DNA of 41,133 bases from Chiloscyllium plagiosum (lineage: Eukaryota): the NCBI RefSeq assembly GCF_004010195.1, contig NC_057752.1:16009468-16050600 (forward strand), read 5' to 3'. Every line of letters begins with the position of its first letter. Position 1 is the stretch's first letter. Made by a program: the position numbers and the translations under genes. Shown here piece by piece: positions 1 through 12,700 of the stretch. Under the pieces are notes generated by a model. It saw only the letters and a program-made list of their open reading frames with translations. It did no database searches and had not been told where the DNA came from.

Positions 1-815
1 ACAGCTCAGGTTCCCACCCCCCTGCCATACTAGTTTAAACCCTCTCGAACTACTCGAGCAAACCTTCCACCCAGGACATTGGTCCCCTTCCAGTTCAGAT
101 GCAACCCGTCCTTCTTGTACAGGTCCCACTTTCCCCAGAAGGCATCCCAATTATCTACATCTCTGAAGCCCTCCCTCCTACACCAGCTGCGCAGCCACGT
201 GTTAAGCTGCGCCTGTTCCCTGTTCCTCGCCTCACTGTCTTGTGGCGAGGTAGTAAACTAGAGAACACTGCTCGTCCTGCTCTGCAGTTTCCATCCTAAC
301 TCCCTGAAATCACTTTTTATAACCTCGATCCTTTTCCTGGCTATATCATTGGTGCCAATATGTAACGCGATTTCTGGCTGTTCGCCCTCCCCCTTCAGAA
401 TCTTATACACCCGATTGGAGGCGTCCCGGACCCTGGCACCAGGCAGGCAACATACCTTCCGGGAATCCCGATCCTGACCACAAAATCTCCTGTCAATCCC
501 CCTATCGAGTCCCCTACCACGAGTACTTTTCTATTCTGCCCCTTCCCTTCTTTGCCACAGTGTCAGGCTCAGTGCCAGAGAATTGATTGCTATGGCTTTC
601 CTCTGGTAGGTCATTCCCCCCCCAGCAGTATCCAAAACAGTATACTTATTGCTGAGGGGAATGTCCACAGGGGATCTCTGCACTGTCTGTCTGTCCCCTT
701 TCCTCTCCCTAACTGTAACCCATCTATCCTTGTCCTGAGCCTTAGAAGTGACCAACTCCCGGTAACTCCTCTCAATTACCCCCTCAGCCTTCTGAATGAT
801 TCGTAGTTCATCCAG
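1..815 (-). mobile_element. CR1-clade LINE, ORF1 (SGNH esterase-like) fragment, degraded
   Basis: Minus-strand translation gives CCLPGARVRD, HIGTND and WDLYKKDGLHLNWKGTNVLGGRF, typical of the CR1 ORF1 esterase domain; frameshifted. Confidence 0.85.
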
Positions 816-1084
816 CAGAATAAGTTCATAGCTGATTGAATTACTCTGTATTTCCTCCTATCCTGAAAAGCTCTGCCTTAAAAATATTCAGGAATTTAGC
901 TCCATCATCATTTTAAGATGAGTATTTCAAAGACTTGTGACCCTATGATTTTTCCAGCTTGGATATACATGAACATCACCCAGGATTATTGCTCCCTTTA
1001 TTAGAAGCTCCTGATACTTAGTTTTATGTCCTTTGTTTTGTATTGTGATTACCATTAAGGGACATAAAGACCACCCCAACTTTT

Positions 1085-1228
1085 CTCATCTTCACTCAAA
1101 CCCCTCATCCCATTCTGATGAAGGATCACTTTTTGATTCTTTCTCCATAGATGCTGCTAGATCTACTCAGTTTCTCCAGCACTTTCTGTTTTTATTTCAG
1201 ACGTCCAATGTCTGCAGTTCTTTGTTTT
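1085..1228 (+). mobile_element. Old PLE terminal-repeat fragment with partly deleted hammerhead
   Basis: ttCTGATGAagg followed by gatgctgc..ct..tcagtttctccagca..tctgcag, resembling other PLE ends in the window; GAAA box missing. Confidence 0.55.
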
Positions 1229-1239
1229 AAGAAAGAGCC

Positions 1240-2100
1240 TTAAATCTGGACAGTTGCCAAGGCTGAGGTTCCTGCATGCTTGCCCTCTGAGTTCCCTTGC
1301 ATGCCTTATTCATCCCAGCTGCAGTATTTGAAAACCCGTGTTCTTAGCTGAACGATTCCACTTCAGCTAGAGTCCCAGCATCTACCCAGCAATGTGGAAT
1401 GTTGCCCAAGTAAGTCTAGCGCAGCCAACTACTGGTTGATCAGTCTACTGTCAATTATCAACAAAGCCATGGAAGGTTTTGTTAACAATTCCCATGTGTT
1501 GGTTGCATAGCAATACTCTTTTTACCAACACTCAGTTTAGATTACAGTCAAAAAGTGTGGCGCTGGAAAAGCACAGCTGGTCAAGCAGCATCTGAGAAGC
1601 AGGAGAGTTTACATTTCGAGCATAAGCTTTTCATCAGCAATGTGAGGGGGTTGCAGCCAAGGGGGCTGAGAGATAAAAGGGAGGGAGTGGGGCTGCCCCC
1701 CTCCCATTTATCCCTCAGCCCCCTTGTCCTTTCCTCTTCCACCCCACAAATTCCTGATGAAGAGCTTATGCTCAAACAGTAGACTCTGCTGCTTCTCAGA
1801 TGCTGCCTGACCAGCTGTGCTTTTCCAGCACCACACTTTTTAACTTTAATCTACAGCATCTGCAGTCCTCACTTTCTCTCAGTTTAGATTGCACTGACCT
1901 TATTTACAGTCTTGATCGAAACATAGAAGTTCAAGATATGACAGTGATTTGTCTTCGACGTAAAAGCTGCATTTAGTCAGGTATAATACAAAGGAGCACT
2001 AATAAGATTGTAGTCAGTTGGAAAACTTACCACTGATTGCCAACATGTATGGAAGGAAAGGAAGATGTTTGGGCTTGTTGGAAGCCAGTCGCCTCAGCTG
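1240..2100 (+). mobile_element. Degraded LINE RT fragment (CR1/L2-like), interrupted by a PLE
   Basis: Decayed NY..ISLLSIINKAMEG and decayed D.KAAF..V motifs of the RT N-terminal region. Confidence 0.6.
1544..1877. mobile_element. PLE terminal repeats in inverted arrangement (Neptune-like family)
   Basis: Left and right halves are imperfect reverse complements with decayed hammerheads; 13-bp TSD ctcagtttagatt at 1531-1543 and 1878-1890. Confidence 0.85.
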
Positions 2101-2709
2101 CAGTACAGGCTCCTCAGCTTAATGGAGTGTGATGTGGGAAAATATGAAATTGTCGATTTTAGCAGTAAGAATAACAAAGCATGTTACATGTTGAGAAATT
2201 AAAGAACTCTGATGCAGAGAGATCTGAGTATCTATGAATTATGAAAGGTTAGAATGTAGGCACAACATGTAATTAGGAAAGCTGATAGAATATTATTGTT
2301 TATTGTGGGCGAACTGAGCACGAAAGAAGAGACATTATTTTTCATTTGTACAGGGCACTGGCAGGATCACACCTGGAATACTATTTCCTTGTTTAAGTAG
2401 TTCACAGAAAGCTTGATATTTGAAATAAGTCGGTTGTGTTATGAGGAAAACCTAGCCAGGTTAAGCTTGTATTCTGTGGAGTTTAGAAGCTAGACATGTG
2501 ACTTGATTGAAACCAATAAGATCCTCAGGGGTCTTGACCAGGTTGATGTGGAGAAGATGTTTCCTTTTGTGGAACAATCTAGAACTAGGAGTCATTTTGA
2601 AAATAATGAGTCACATTTAGGCAAAGATATGAGAATTTTTTTTTCTTTGAGGTTTGTAACTATTTAGAATTCTGTTGTGGCTCTGTTCGCCGAGCTGGGA
2701 ATTTGTGTT

Positions 2710-2749
2710 GCAGACGTTTCGTCCCCTGTCTAGGTGACATCCTCAGTGT
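2710..2749 (-). ncRNA. Minimal hammerhead ribozyme motif (PLE family 1)
   Basis: Reverse complement reads aca CTGAGGA t gtcacct agac aggggac GAAA cg TC tgc. Confidence 0.75.
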
Positions 2750-3276
2750 TTGGGAGCCTCCTGTGAAGCGCTTCTGTGATCTTTCCTCCGGCATTTATAG
2801 TGATTTGTATCTGCTTGTCCTATAATAGTAGTGTTGTCCCAGTCGAATTCATGTTGCTTGTCATCAGTGTGTGTGGCTACTAAGGATAGCTGGTCATATC
2901 GTTTCGTGGCTAGTTGGTGTTCATGGATGCGGATCGTTAGCTGTCTTCCTGTTTGTCCTATGTAGTGTTTTGTGCAGTCCTTGCATGGGATTTTGTACAC
3001 TACGTTGGTTATGCTCATGCTGGATATCAGATGTCAAGCAACATGAGTTCAACTGGGACAACACTACTATTATAGGACAAGCCAAACAGAGAACAGCCAG
3101 GGAATTCCTGGAGGCATGGCACTCATCCACAGATTCAATCAATAAGCACATCGACCTGGACCCAATATACCGACCACTGCAGCGGACAGCTGGAACTGAC
3201 AACCGGAAGCGACAGATTCAAACCACTACAAATGCCGGAGAAAACATCACAGAAGCGCTTCACAGGAGGCTCCCAA

Positions 3277-3316
3277 GCACTGAGGATGTTACCTAGACAG
3301 GGGACGAAACGTCTGC
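3277..3316 (+). ncRNA. Minimal hammerhead ribozyme motif (PLE family 1)
   Basis: gca CTGAGGA t gttacct agac aggggac GAAA cg TC tgc; stem I gca/tgc. Confidence 0.78.
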
Positions 3317-3599
3317 AACACAAATTCCCAGCTTAACGAACAGAACCACAACAACGAGCACCCAAGCTACAAATCTTCTCCCAAACTATTTAGAATTCTC
3401 TTCCTCAAAAGGTGGTGGAAGCAGAGTCTTTGAATATTTTGAAGGCGGCACTGGATAGTTTCTTGCTAAACATGAAGCGGAGGTTATTGGGTGTCAGCAG
3501 GTGTGTGGAGTTGTGGTTATAATCAGATCATCCATGACCTTATTAAATGTCAGAGCAGGCTCAAACCTAGATTTAGGGCGTGTTTCCTTGCTGTATGAT

Positions 3600-4055
3600 T
3601 CTTCAATCCAACTCATCCATGCCGACCAGGTTGCTCAAACTAAGGCAAGTCCCACCTGCCTGCGTTTGGACCATATCCCACTAAACTTTTCCTATACATG
3701 TACCTGTCCAAATATCTTTCAAATGTTGTAACCATACCTATGTCTGCCGTTTTCTTTGGCAGTTATTCCACATAGGAACTACCCTGTTTTGTGGAAAATG
3801 TTGCTTCTCAATTCCCTTTTAAATTGTTCTCTCACCTTAAAAATATGCCCCCTTGTTTTGAAAACTCCCACCCTAGAGAAAAGACTTTTGCTTTTCACCT
3901 TATCTATGTCTCTCATGACCTTGTACACCTCTATAAGGTCACCCTTCAACCTCCTACTCTCCATTGAAGGAAGTCCCAGCCTCTCCTTGTAACCCAAACC
4001 CTCAAACCCAGCATCATCCTGGTAAATCTTTTCTGAACTGTCTCTCCAACAGTCC
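3600..4055 (-). mobile_element. CR1 LINE 3' end
   Basis: ORF 3779-3997 reads RRLKGDLIEVYKVMRDIDKV...GHIFKV, the CR1 ORF2 C-terminus. Confidence 0.85.
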
Positions 4056-4539
4056 TACTAAAACTGAAAAGCTGTTGTCTCCCCAAAGTTTTGTGTGTTA
4101 CCCCAAACATTCCCCAGAAGTTCCAGAACCTTAAATATGAACACCTAATGCACAATTATGTTTTGCACTCTCAAAACTCTCCTGATATAAACCAAATTCC
4201 ATGCTTCACCAGGAACTCTTTCTCATATTGTTTGAAATGAAATCTCCAAATGGCCTAATCCTGTTCCTAGTTCAAATGTTTGTAAACGACAGTTTGAACT
4301 GCGGGTACTGGTAATGAACAGTTGATGTTGGCTAATTGTATCTAATTACAACATTTTACTTAGCCATTAGCAGAGTTGATGCAATGTCCTCATTGTGTCT
4401 CAATCAGACTGCAAATGCATTGTAAATCCTCCTACAGTTCTCCATTATTAAATGAATTGGAAATGCCAGTGTTGGACTGGGGTGTACAAAGTTAAAAATC
4501 ACAAACACCAGGTTATAGTCCAACAGGTTTAATTGGAAG

Positions 4540-4574
4540 CACTAGCTTTCGGAGCGACGCTCCTTCATCAGGTG
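4540..4574 (-). ncRNA. Minimal hammerhead ribozyme motif (PLE family 3)
   Basis: Reverse complement reads cac CTGATGA a ggagc gtc gctcc GAAA gc TA gtg; perfect stems I and II, palindromic AGCT. Confidence 0.82.
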
Positions 4575-4598
4575 GTTGTGGAGGACACAATTGTAAGG

Positions 4599-4620
4599 CA
4601 CACACACACACACACACACA
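4599..4620. repeat. (CA)11 microsatellite
   Basis: Direct inspection. Confidence 0.95.
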
Positions 4621-5339
4621 TGTTTGTAGGGTGAATTTGTACTTGCAGTGTTACATTGTACTTTGCTCAAAAACTGCATGAATCCATGTAAGACTCTGTT
4701 AACTCACTTTTTAGATTAAAATCAGTCTAAACATTGTGGCACAGACAGGGAACACAGGGGGCTAACACCTTCAACCTCTTAACATCTTATCTGTGCTGAC
4801 ACCAGTTGTTACAATTAACCTGAGAATGTAACTTTTTTAAAAACAGTTTTGTGATTTACACATGAAAGAAATGAAACTATCATGGTCATTCTAACAGATG
4901 AGAGACTCAACAAACAATCAAGGTATTTTTCAGTGTATAATTTCAGTTACATCACACAAACTTTTGCTATAAATTCTATGTCTTACAATTGTGTGCACCA
5001 CAACCATCATTATTAAATGTTTTCCACAACTTCCTTGCTCTTGTTCTGAGACAATGTATATGCTGACAGCCAAATTAAACAAATCCATCTAAGCATCCTG
5101 GATTGTAATTTTAAATTACATCCAAGCTATTCACTATTCTAAAGTTGGTTCCTTTATCACTGGGAATCTTGAAAGTTCCTACATGGCATGTAGGATTGGA
5201 GGAGCTTCTGCTCTTGACCTTTCCCAACAGAAAAGAGGCATTTGTTGCCTGTGTGAATGAGGAAAGAGCTTGTGAGGACAATAGGCAAACTGACCACTGC
5301 AGTATGGGTTCAGGAAGCCATTCAGGCGGAGGAGGGCTG

Positions 5340-8300
5340 GGAGCGAACATTAAAAAGTGATAGTGGTACAGGATTCTATGAATGGGGGAACAGCATCCTT
5401 AGTGAGCAGGATTGAGAGTCCTGTGTGGTATGTTGCCTACTTGGTGCCAAGATGAAGGATATCTTGAGCCAGCTTGAAAGGATATTGAAGAAAGAGGGGA
5501 TCCACTTGTTGTGTTCCATGTTGGCACCAATAACAGGCAAGAGTAAGCAAGAGGCCCTGTTTGAGAAATATCAATAATTAAAAACAAATTTAACAGGACT
5601 TCAAAGGTTGTAATCTGTGGAATACTATCTGAGCCACATGCAAATTGGCTTAGAGATAAGAAGCTTAGGGAAGTAAAAGTGGCTCAAAGAGTGGTGTGGG
5701 AAAGAGGGGATCCATTTCATGGGCACTGACGTCAATATTGGGACCTAACTTGATCATGAGCCAGGATCCTAGTCGAAAGGCTAAACAGGGTGATCACAAG
5801 GACTTGAAACTAGTTAAATGGGAAGGGCTCAGGAAAGGTTATTAAAGATTCCCAAACAAGTAAAAGAACATTGTATAGAAAGGGCCAGATATCTAACTTC
5901 AGCCCCAACAGATAATAGGACACCTATGAGAAGGGGTTCAGTCAACCCAGGACTGTGGATATTCTACTTAAATGCACCCTGTATACATAACCAGCTAAAT
6001 GAGCATGTAGAGAAGATTGAAATCAGTAGGTATGATGTTGTGGGCATCACATAGACTGTAATGAGATCAAAGTAAATATCCAAAAATATGCATTGTAGCA
6101 ACGGTCGGGCAGAGAGTCACGGTTGCCTGGTTAGTAAGAAATGAACTTGAATCACTAGCAAGAAGCAATGTAGGGTCAAAAGGTTTAGAATCTGTTTCAG
6201 TAGAGTTGAGGAACTACAATGGAAAAAAGTCCCCTAACAGTTGTCAGGATGTGGGGTAGGAAAGGTATGTGAGAAAGGCGCTATTACAATAATCATGGGA
6301 AACTTCACTGTGTGGGTGGATTGGGAATATCCAGTTTGTAGTGAATCTCAAGAAGAGGAATTCGTGGAATGAAATGGTTTTATGGAATAGCTTGTGATAG
6401 CGTTCACGAGATGCATTTGAGTGCAGGAAACTGAGGCGGCACAGTGGCTCAGTGGTTAGCACTGCTGCCTCACAGCAACAGGGTCCCAGGTTTGATTCCA
6501 GCCTCGGGTGACTATCTTTGTGGGGTTTGCACGTTTTCCCTGTGTCTGCGTGGGTTTCCTCCAGGTGCTCCAGTTTCCTCCCACAATCCAAAGTTGTGCA
6601 AGGCAGGTGAATTGACAATGCTAAATTGCCCGTAGTGTTAGGTGCATTAATTCGAGGGAAATGGGGCTGGGTGGATTACTCTTCGGAGGATCGGTGTGGA
6701 CTGGTTGGGCCGAAGGGCCTATTTCCACACTGTAGGGAATCTAATCTAAACTACAAAGGCATGAGGGAGGAACCAGCCAGAGGTTATTAAAAGGGTAGCC
6801 TCATAGGGAAGATTATGGAGCAGCAATGGTGCAGGTATCTGGGGACAATTTGGAAGGCACAGCTGAAGTTTATCCTAAGGGTAAAGAAACATGCTAAAGG
6901 AAGGACAAGGCAATCATAGCTGACATGAGAAGTTAGGGGAAGAATTAAACCAAAAGAAAATGCAAACACTGGTGAAGATTAGTGAGAAGCCAGAGTCTTA
7001 AAAAGGAGGCCTTTAAAAACCAGCAGAGGATAACTAAAAATGCACTTGGGTTGGGGGAAGATGTAATGTGAGGGTTAGAGAGTTAGTACTATAAAAGAAA
7101 ATTGCAATTGTTTTTAGATGTATTGAAAGGTAGGAGAGAGGCAAAAGTGAACATTGGTACACTGGACAATGAGACTGGCGAAGCAGTAATGGAGAACAAA
7201 GGAATGGCAGAAAAACTGAATGAGTACTTTGCATCAGTTTTCACGATGGAAGACATCAGTAGCATACCAGAACCAGGGGATGGAGGTGAGTGTAGAGGCC
7301 ATCACTAAGGGGAAGGTGCAAGTAAAGCTGAAAAGTCTGAAACTGAATAAACTATCCAGACTGTATGGACTGCACCCAGAGTTCTGAAGGACTTAGCTAA
7401 GGTGGTTGTGGAGGCATCAGTGGTGATCTTTCAGGAATCACTGGAGTCAGGGAGGGTACAGGGGGCTAGAAAACTATGAATATATCACCCCTTTTTAAGA
7501 AAAGAGAGAGGCAGAAGATGCTAGGCCAGTTAGCCTGACTTCAGTTATTGATAAGATTTTAGAGTCCATTATTAAGGTCAAGGTTACGGAGTACTTGGAA
7601 GTGCATGGTATTGTCAAGGGGAGTCATGTCTGACAAATCTGTTAGAATTCTTTGAGCAAGTTAGATGAAGGAGAATCGGTGAATGTGATCTATTTGTATT
7701 CATTGAAGGCTTTTGACTGGGTGCCCTACGTGATGCTGTTAAATAAGACAAGTGCCTATGGTACTGGGGCAGGTATTTACAGGGATAAAGTATTGACTGA
7801 CTGGCAGAACACAGAGCGTGAGGATGTAGGGGTCTTTTTCAGGATGGCAACTGGTGATTAATGGAATTCGGCAGGAATCTCAACTATTCATGTTATAGAT
7901 TAACAATCTGGATTAAAGAATTGAGGATAGAGTTGCTAAGCAGGTGACTCAAAGGTAGGGAGGCCGGTAGCATTGAAGAAGTGGAGAGGTTGCAGAAAGA
8001 CTTGGACTGGCTAGGAGAGTGGACAAAGAAGTGGCAGATGGAATACAATATGGAAAAGTGCAAAGTTATACACTTTGGTAGGAAGAATAGAGGCGCAAGC
8101 TATTTTCTATAAACAGGTTTTGGAAGTCTGAAGCACAAAGAAACTAAAGAGTCCAAGTTCAGGACTCTTTTGAGGTTAACCTGCAGATTCAGTATTCAGT
8201 TAGGAATGCAAATATAATTTTAGCAATCATTTTGAAAGGGCTAGAATACGAGAACTGGGACGTACTGCTGAGGCTGTATAAGGCTCTGGTCAGATTGCAT

Positions 8301-8340
8301 TTAGAATATTATGAACAGGTTTGGGCCCCATATCTGCGGA
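5340..8340 (+). mobile_element. Long degraded CR1 LINE (ORF1 esterase, APE, RT)
   Basis: HVGTNN esterase remnant; FYLNA...YDVVGIT APE start; MAEKLNEYFASVFT linker; VNVIYL..LKAFD.VP RT motif; many stops. Confidence 0.85.
6433..6750 (+). mobile_element. HE1-like tRNA-derived SINE (V-SINE)
   Basis: A box tggctcagtgg, decayed B box, core gtgtctgcgtgggtttcctcc, LINE-type tail gggccgaagggcc, (taatc)n end. Confidence 0.92.
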
Positions 8341-8694
8341 AATTTGAAATTGTGCATTTTGGCAAGAAGGATTAAAAACTAAATGGTGAGAGATGCAGAG
8401 TTCTGTGAAGCTTACAGATCTGGGTGTCCTTATGCAAGAGTCTTTGTGCAGGTATAACAAGTAACTAAGAAGCCTCATAAAACATTCCAGTTTATTATGA
8501 GGGAATTGAATACATAAGTAAGGAAGGTATGCTCCTGTTACATGGGACATGGGTGAGACCATATCTGGAGCATTGTGTATATTATTGGTCTCCTACTTAA
8601 CCATAAGACCACTAAAAGTAGAAGCAGGAGTAGGCCATTTGGATCTTCAAATCTGGCTGATCCGACATTCCACATGCCTACTTCCCTGCCTTTT

Positions 8695-8750
8695 CCCTAT
8701 AACCTTGATTCCCCTATAACCTTGATTCCCCTATAACCTTGATTCCCCTA
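8695..8750. repeat. Tandem repeat, 17-bp unit (ccctataaccttgattc) x3.3
   Basis: Direct inspection; exact copies. Confidence 0.95.
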
Positions 8751-8834
8751 GTAATCAAGAATCTATTTATTTCTGTCTGGAAGAGAGACGATGTTTCCTC
8801 TTGCAGAAGAGTCTAGCACTAGGGGTCATTAGTA

Positions 8835-9068
8835 GAATCATAGAATCACTGCAATGGGCTGAATGGCCTGTTTGCACGTTGAGTCCACACCGACCATTCC
8901 CTTAACCCTGCATTTCTCATGGTGAATCCACCTAATTAATCATCTTTGGACTGTTGGGAGGAAACCCATGAGGAGAATGTGCAAGCTCTACACAGATAGT
9001 CATCTGAAGCTGGAATCAAATAAGGATCCCTGGTGCAGTGAGGCACCACTGAGCCATAGTGCCACCCT
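8835..9068 (-). mobile_element. Degraded HE1-like SINE
   Basis: gagtccacaccga...catctttggactg...ccactgagcca..gtgccaccc matches the reverse complement of other copies. Confidence 0.75.
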
Positions 9069-11406
9069 GGTTAAAAGTAAGGGGCTATTTATTGAAAACA
9101 GATAATCTGATTTTTTTTTTTCTTTGCGGACCGTGGATGTTTGAACTCTTCTGAAACATTTGTCGAAAGAGAGCCATTAAATAATTCTAAGGAAGAAGTG
9201 GCTAGGTTCTTGATAAGAAAGCATGTGAAAGGTTATCAGTGGTCAGGAGGAGTATGATAACCAGATCAGCAATGGTCTTATTGTATGGCAGAGCAAGCCC
9301 AAGGAACCAAATGGCTTACACATGATCCTTTATTGTTGGGAACAATAGCCTTTAAAGTATCTAGTGCCTTCAGCTGTTTCTTGATATTATGTGAAGTGAA
9401 TGAAATTCACTTGAAGCTCAGCATATGGTCTACTTTTGACAAAGTAAGTGTGAGGGGTAACTGTCTATACTTGTACTCGGGTGAGTGTGAACGTAGCTGA
9501 ACTGAAAAATGCAGTGTTTATTTATTTTATATTATTTGGCTTGTTTTCTGATTTTTGTGTCTGCTCAAACCCTGAAAGATATGAATAGTTTCAGCAAGTT
9601 TCACAGGATCTAACATGTTTTACAGTCTATACTTGCACTGACTGTGAATTCTTGGTTCATGTTCCATTTCCTGTGTTTGGTTTCAAGAAGTGAAAGCTTA
9701 TTTTAAACAAAAAAGCCCTTTTTAGGTTAAGAGAGGATAAGATCTTCAGAATATATATTCTCATTTACATGCTGGTTTTAGCACTACTTCATAGACTGCT
9801 AAACTGATCTCACATGGTTGGTGGATGGTCAGTAATGGTATGAGAATGAGACTTATGCAATGCAAAGTTGGCCTTTTTACTGCTCACAATCTAAGGTGTT
9901 AAGGATTTGTATGTCAAACCTTTCCTCTGCTCACCTAGCCGACTCTCTCACACACATGCTGTGAAATGTAAACATGTGAATATTTTTATCCCCATAGCTC
10001 TTGATGGGCTGACTGTGTTATTAGGCTGCCATGGTCCGCAGCTGTCCTCTGCATCCCAATGATTCATTATGCATGAACTGAGCTGGGAGTATATGAGAGT
10101 AATTAGTTAAAGTAAGTTCACAATAATTTGTGCATTTCAACAAGCATCCCACTAAGTTCTTCCTTTTGCCAACCCCAAAAATATTAAACTGACACAACAC
10201 AGGATGGGATGAGCTAATGCTGATAAACATGTGGCCTTTCTGGATTTTGTCTTCAAACTCAACAGGCAATGGAATATCATTAGGGTGTTCGAGGCCTGAA
10301 TAACATTGCTCCATATTGTATTATCTGCTCAGCTTGTGAGCTCATTCAGGCAACAGATATTTAAAGGCAGTGGACATTCTGTTATAAGTGCAGACTTGAA
10401 CAATGGACTCACAATGTCCTTGGTGGTGCATGTCTTTAGGAACAGTTCAATTATGTGTGCACTGTCAAGCATTCAGTTTAAGCAGCATTCAACACACTGT
10501 TGTTGCACTTTGCAGATCAAGCAGAGCTGAAGAATTCTGGCTGTATCTTAATTTCAGACATGGACCATGGTGCATTGATGGGCATCAGACTAAGACTGAG
10601 TTGAACACATCTGTGATATCCACCAGTTAACCAGCGTGCTGCTAGAGTAAACTTAGAGGCCGTTCCTTGATATTTAATGCATTTTAGTTACTATAAGCCA
10701 GCAAAGTATGACTAATTGGTAACAGCCAGTCAGTTGTTACATAGTTTGGAACGGCTTGATTAACTCGCTTTAAGTGTACAGGAAGTGGCGCTATTGTTTG
10801 AGATTATGGTATAGGACCAGACTCCTGTTTGCATTCAAGATTGTAAGGAGTATCTGAACGGAAGTGTAACTTGTACATTTCACAATATAAACTTGCACTG
10901 GTGGTGAAAATCTAATTTAAATGCAGTTTTATAAGATGATCAGCATGAAAACTCTGACTGCAGATTTGGCTTTTGAAGTGGAAGTTCTAGCAGCTTCTAC
11001 TCAGTTATTGGATGAATGCTTGCAAAATTTTGTGTAGCACGGACAAGTGTAGAGCTATTCTAAAGTTCAGTCTGCAAATCGCAAAGGTAACTCAGAACAG
11101 TACAAGTTGACACAATCTAATTACCTTGCAAGTAATTTCTGAGTGTAAGAACTACAGTTCACACTACTGACCAGTATCCTGTGACCCAGGCTTAGAAATG
11201 AATGTGCGTGTCTGGCAAAGACAAAACTGTCCAAAGCTGTCAAATTTGTCACAAACAAATTGCTTGCTGCTTTTCACTGTCTTTGACCATTACAGGAAAA
11301 GGCAGTTGAGTGAGAGCCAGGAGGCTCTCAATTGTGCAAAATTACTACTCTTATTACAAATCTTTGTAGTCATTTGCTGTATGAAACATTTTCATGACAG
11401 ATCATA

Positions 11407-11684
11407 TTAGAATTAGATTCACTACAGCATGGAAACAGGCCCTTTGGCCCAACCAGTCCACACCGATCCTCTGAAGAGTAACCCACTCAGATCCATTTTC
11501 CTGTGACTAACGTGCCTAACACTACGGCCAATTTAGCATGGCCAAGTCACCTGACCTGCACATCTTTGAACTGTGGGAAGAAACCGGAGGGAATCCACGC
11601 AGACAGTCGCCCAAGGCTGGAATTGAACCTGGGACCCTGGTGCTGTGAGGCAACAGTGCTAACCACTGAGCCACTGTGCCACCC
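11407..11684 (-). mobile_element. HE1-like SINE, internally deleted
   Basis: Tail ggaaacaggccc..tggcccaa and head gtgctaaccactgagccactgtgccaccc. Confidence 0.9.
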
Positions 11685-11859
11685 TGAGGGCTCATTGTTT
11701 ATTAAGAATACTAGGAGTAGGAACAAGCCATTACCAAACCTTTTTTAAGAAGACCAAGGCTCTGTATCGACCATGACTCCATTTCACCCCCTTAATCTTC
11801 GTTATTGGAAGTAAACCTTATCAAATAAGGTTCCCCATGGTAAACCTTATCAAATGAGC

Positions 11860-12033
11860 TCCTCTCATTTATCTCTCCACCCTTCAGGCTCTCTGCCTTT
11901 ATTCCTGATAAAGGGCTTTTGCCCAAAACGTCGATTTTCCTGCTCCTCGGATGCTGCCTGAACTGCTGTGCTTTTCCAGCACCACTCTAATCCAGAATCT
12001 GGTTTCCAGCATCTGCAGTCATTGTTTTTACCT
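11860..12033 (+). mobile_element. PLE terminal repeat with decayed hammerhead
   Basis: attc CTGATAA agggcttttgccc AAAA cgtc gatt followed by gatgctgcctg..ctgctgtgcttttccagc. Confidence 0.8.
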
Positions 12034-12034
12034 T

Positions 12035-12700
12035 TATAGAATGCAGAAACAGACTCTTCAGTCCAACTTGTCCATGTTGACCAGATTATCCTAAATTAAT
12101 CTAGTCCTATTTGCCAGCATTTAGCTCATATCCTAAGCTCTTCATGTACTCATCCAGATGCCTTTTAAATGTTATACAGTAATCTTTCCTATAGCAGGGA
12201 GACCAGAATTGAATGCGGTGTTCTTAAAGTGGCCTAACCAATGTCCTGTACAGGTGCAAAATGACATCCCAACTCCTATACTCCACGCACTGACCAATAA
12301 AGGCAAGAGTACCAAATGCCTTCTTCACTACTGTCTACCTGTGACTCCACCTTCAAGGAAATATGAACCACTACTCTCTTTGTTCGGCAACATCCTCAGG
12401 ACTCTGCCATTAAGTGTATAAGTTTTGCCCTGATTTGCCATACCAAAATGCAGCACCTAAATTTATCTAAGTTAATTAGCCACTCCGTGGCCCATCTGCA
12501 CAAGGTATTGTACTCTGAGATAGCCTTCTTCTTTGTCCACTTTATCCAATTTTGGCGTCATCTGCAAACTTATTAACTATTGTTATATTCACATCCAAAT
12601 CATTTATTTAAATGACAAACCGGAGTGGACCCAGCACCAATTTTGCAACACACCACTAATAACAGGCCTCCAATCGGAACAAACAACTCTCCACCTTCCA
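12035..12700 (-). mobile_element. CR1 ORF2 3' fragment, internally deleted
   Basis: Minus strand gives DWRPVISGVLQ and KFADDAKIG; tail near 12040. Confidence 0.75.

Larger units (their letters stand above)
2674..3383. mobile_element. PLE (Penelope/Poseidon-like) 3' end with GIY-YIG endonuclease, inverted structure
   Basis: Minus arm encodes VVYKIPCKDCTKHYIGQTGRQLTIRIHEH; plus arm encodes HEFNWDNTTIIGQAKQRTAREFLEAWHS; TSD aactatttagaattct at 2658-2673 and 3384-3399. Confidence 0.92.
2120..3560 (+). mobile_element. CR1 LINE 3' part (ORF2 C-terminus and tail), degraded, interrupted by a PLE
   Basis: Decayed LY.AL..SHLEY and DLIET.KILRGLD.VDVEKMFP motifs; sequence resumes after the PLE TSD. Confidence 0.75.
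4455..5007. mobile_element. Non-coding PLE-derived insertion (third family) with hammerhead, inverted segment and TSD
   Basis: 12-bp TSD cattattaaatg at 4443-4454 and 5008-5019; 4572-4600 is inverted at ~4979-5006; hammerhead on minus strand. Confidence 0.75.
8341..9310 (+). mobile_element. Degraded CR1 3' fragment with nested opposite-strand tail and SINE pieces
   Basis: Decayed C.IVHFG and VRPYLEHCV motifs; continues to a tail-like sequence near 9290. Confidence 0.6.

Noticed and set aside
1111..1135. Functional hammerheads at 1115, 1754, 11905, 21515 and 24560
   Set aside because: Core boxes mutated or deleted; counted only as decayed copies
10021..10314. 97-aa minus-strand ORF in unique DNA
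   Set aside because: Non-ATG start, no recognisable domain and no supporting splice signals
11811..11858. Short direct repeat gtaaaccttatcaaat
   Set aside because: Small local duplication of CR1 RT-like sequence with no further structure
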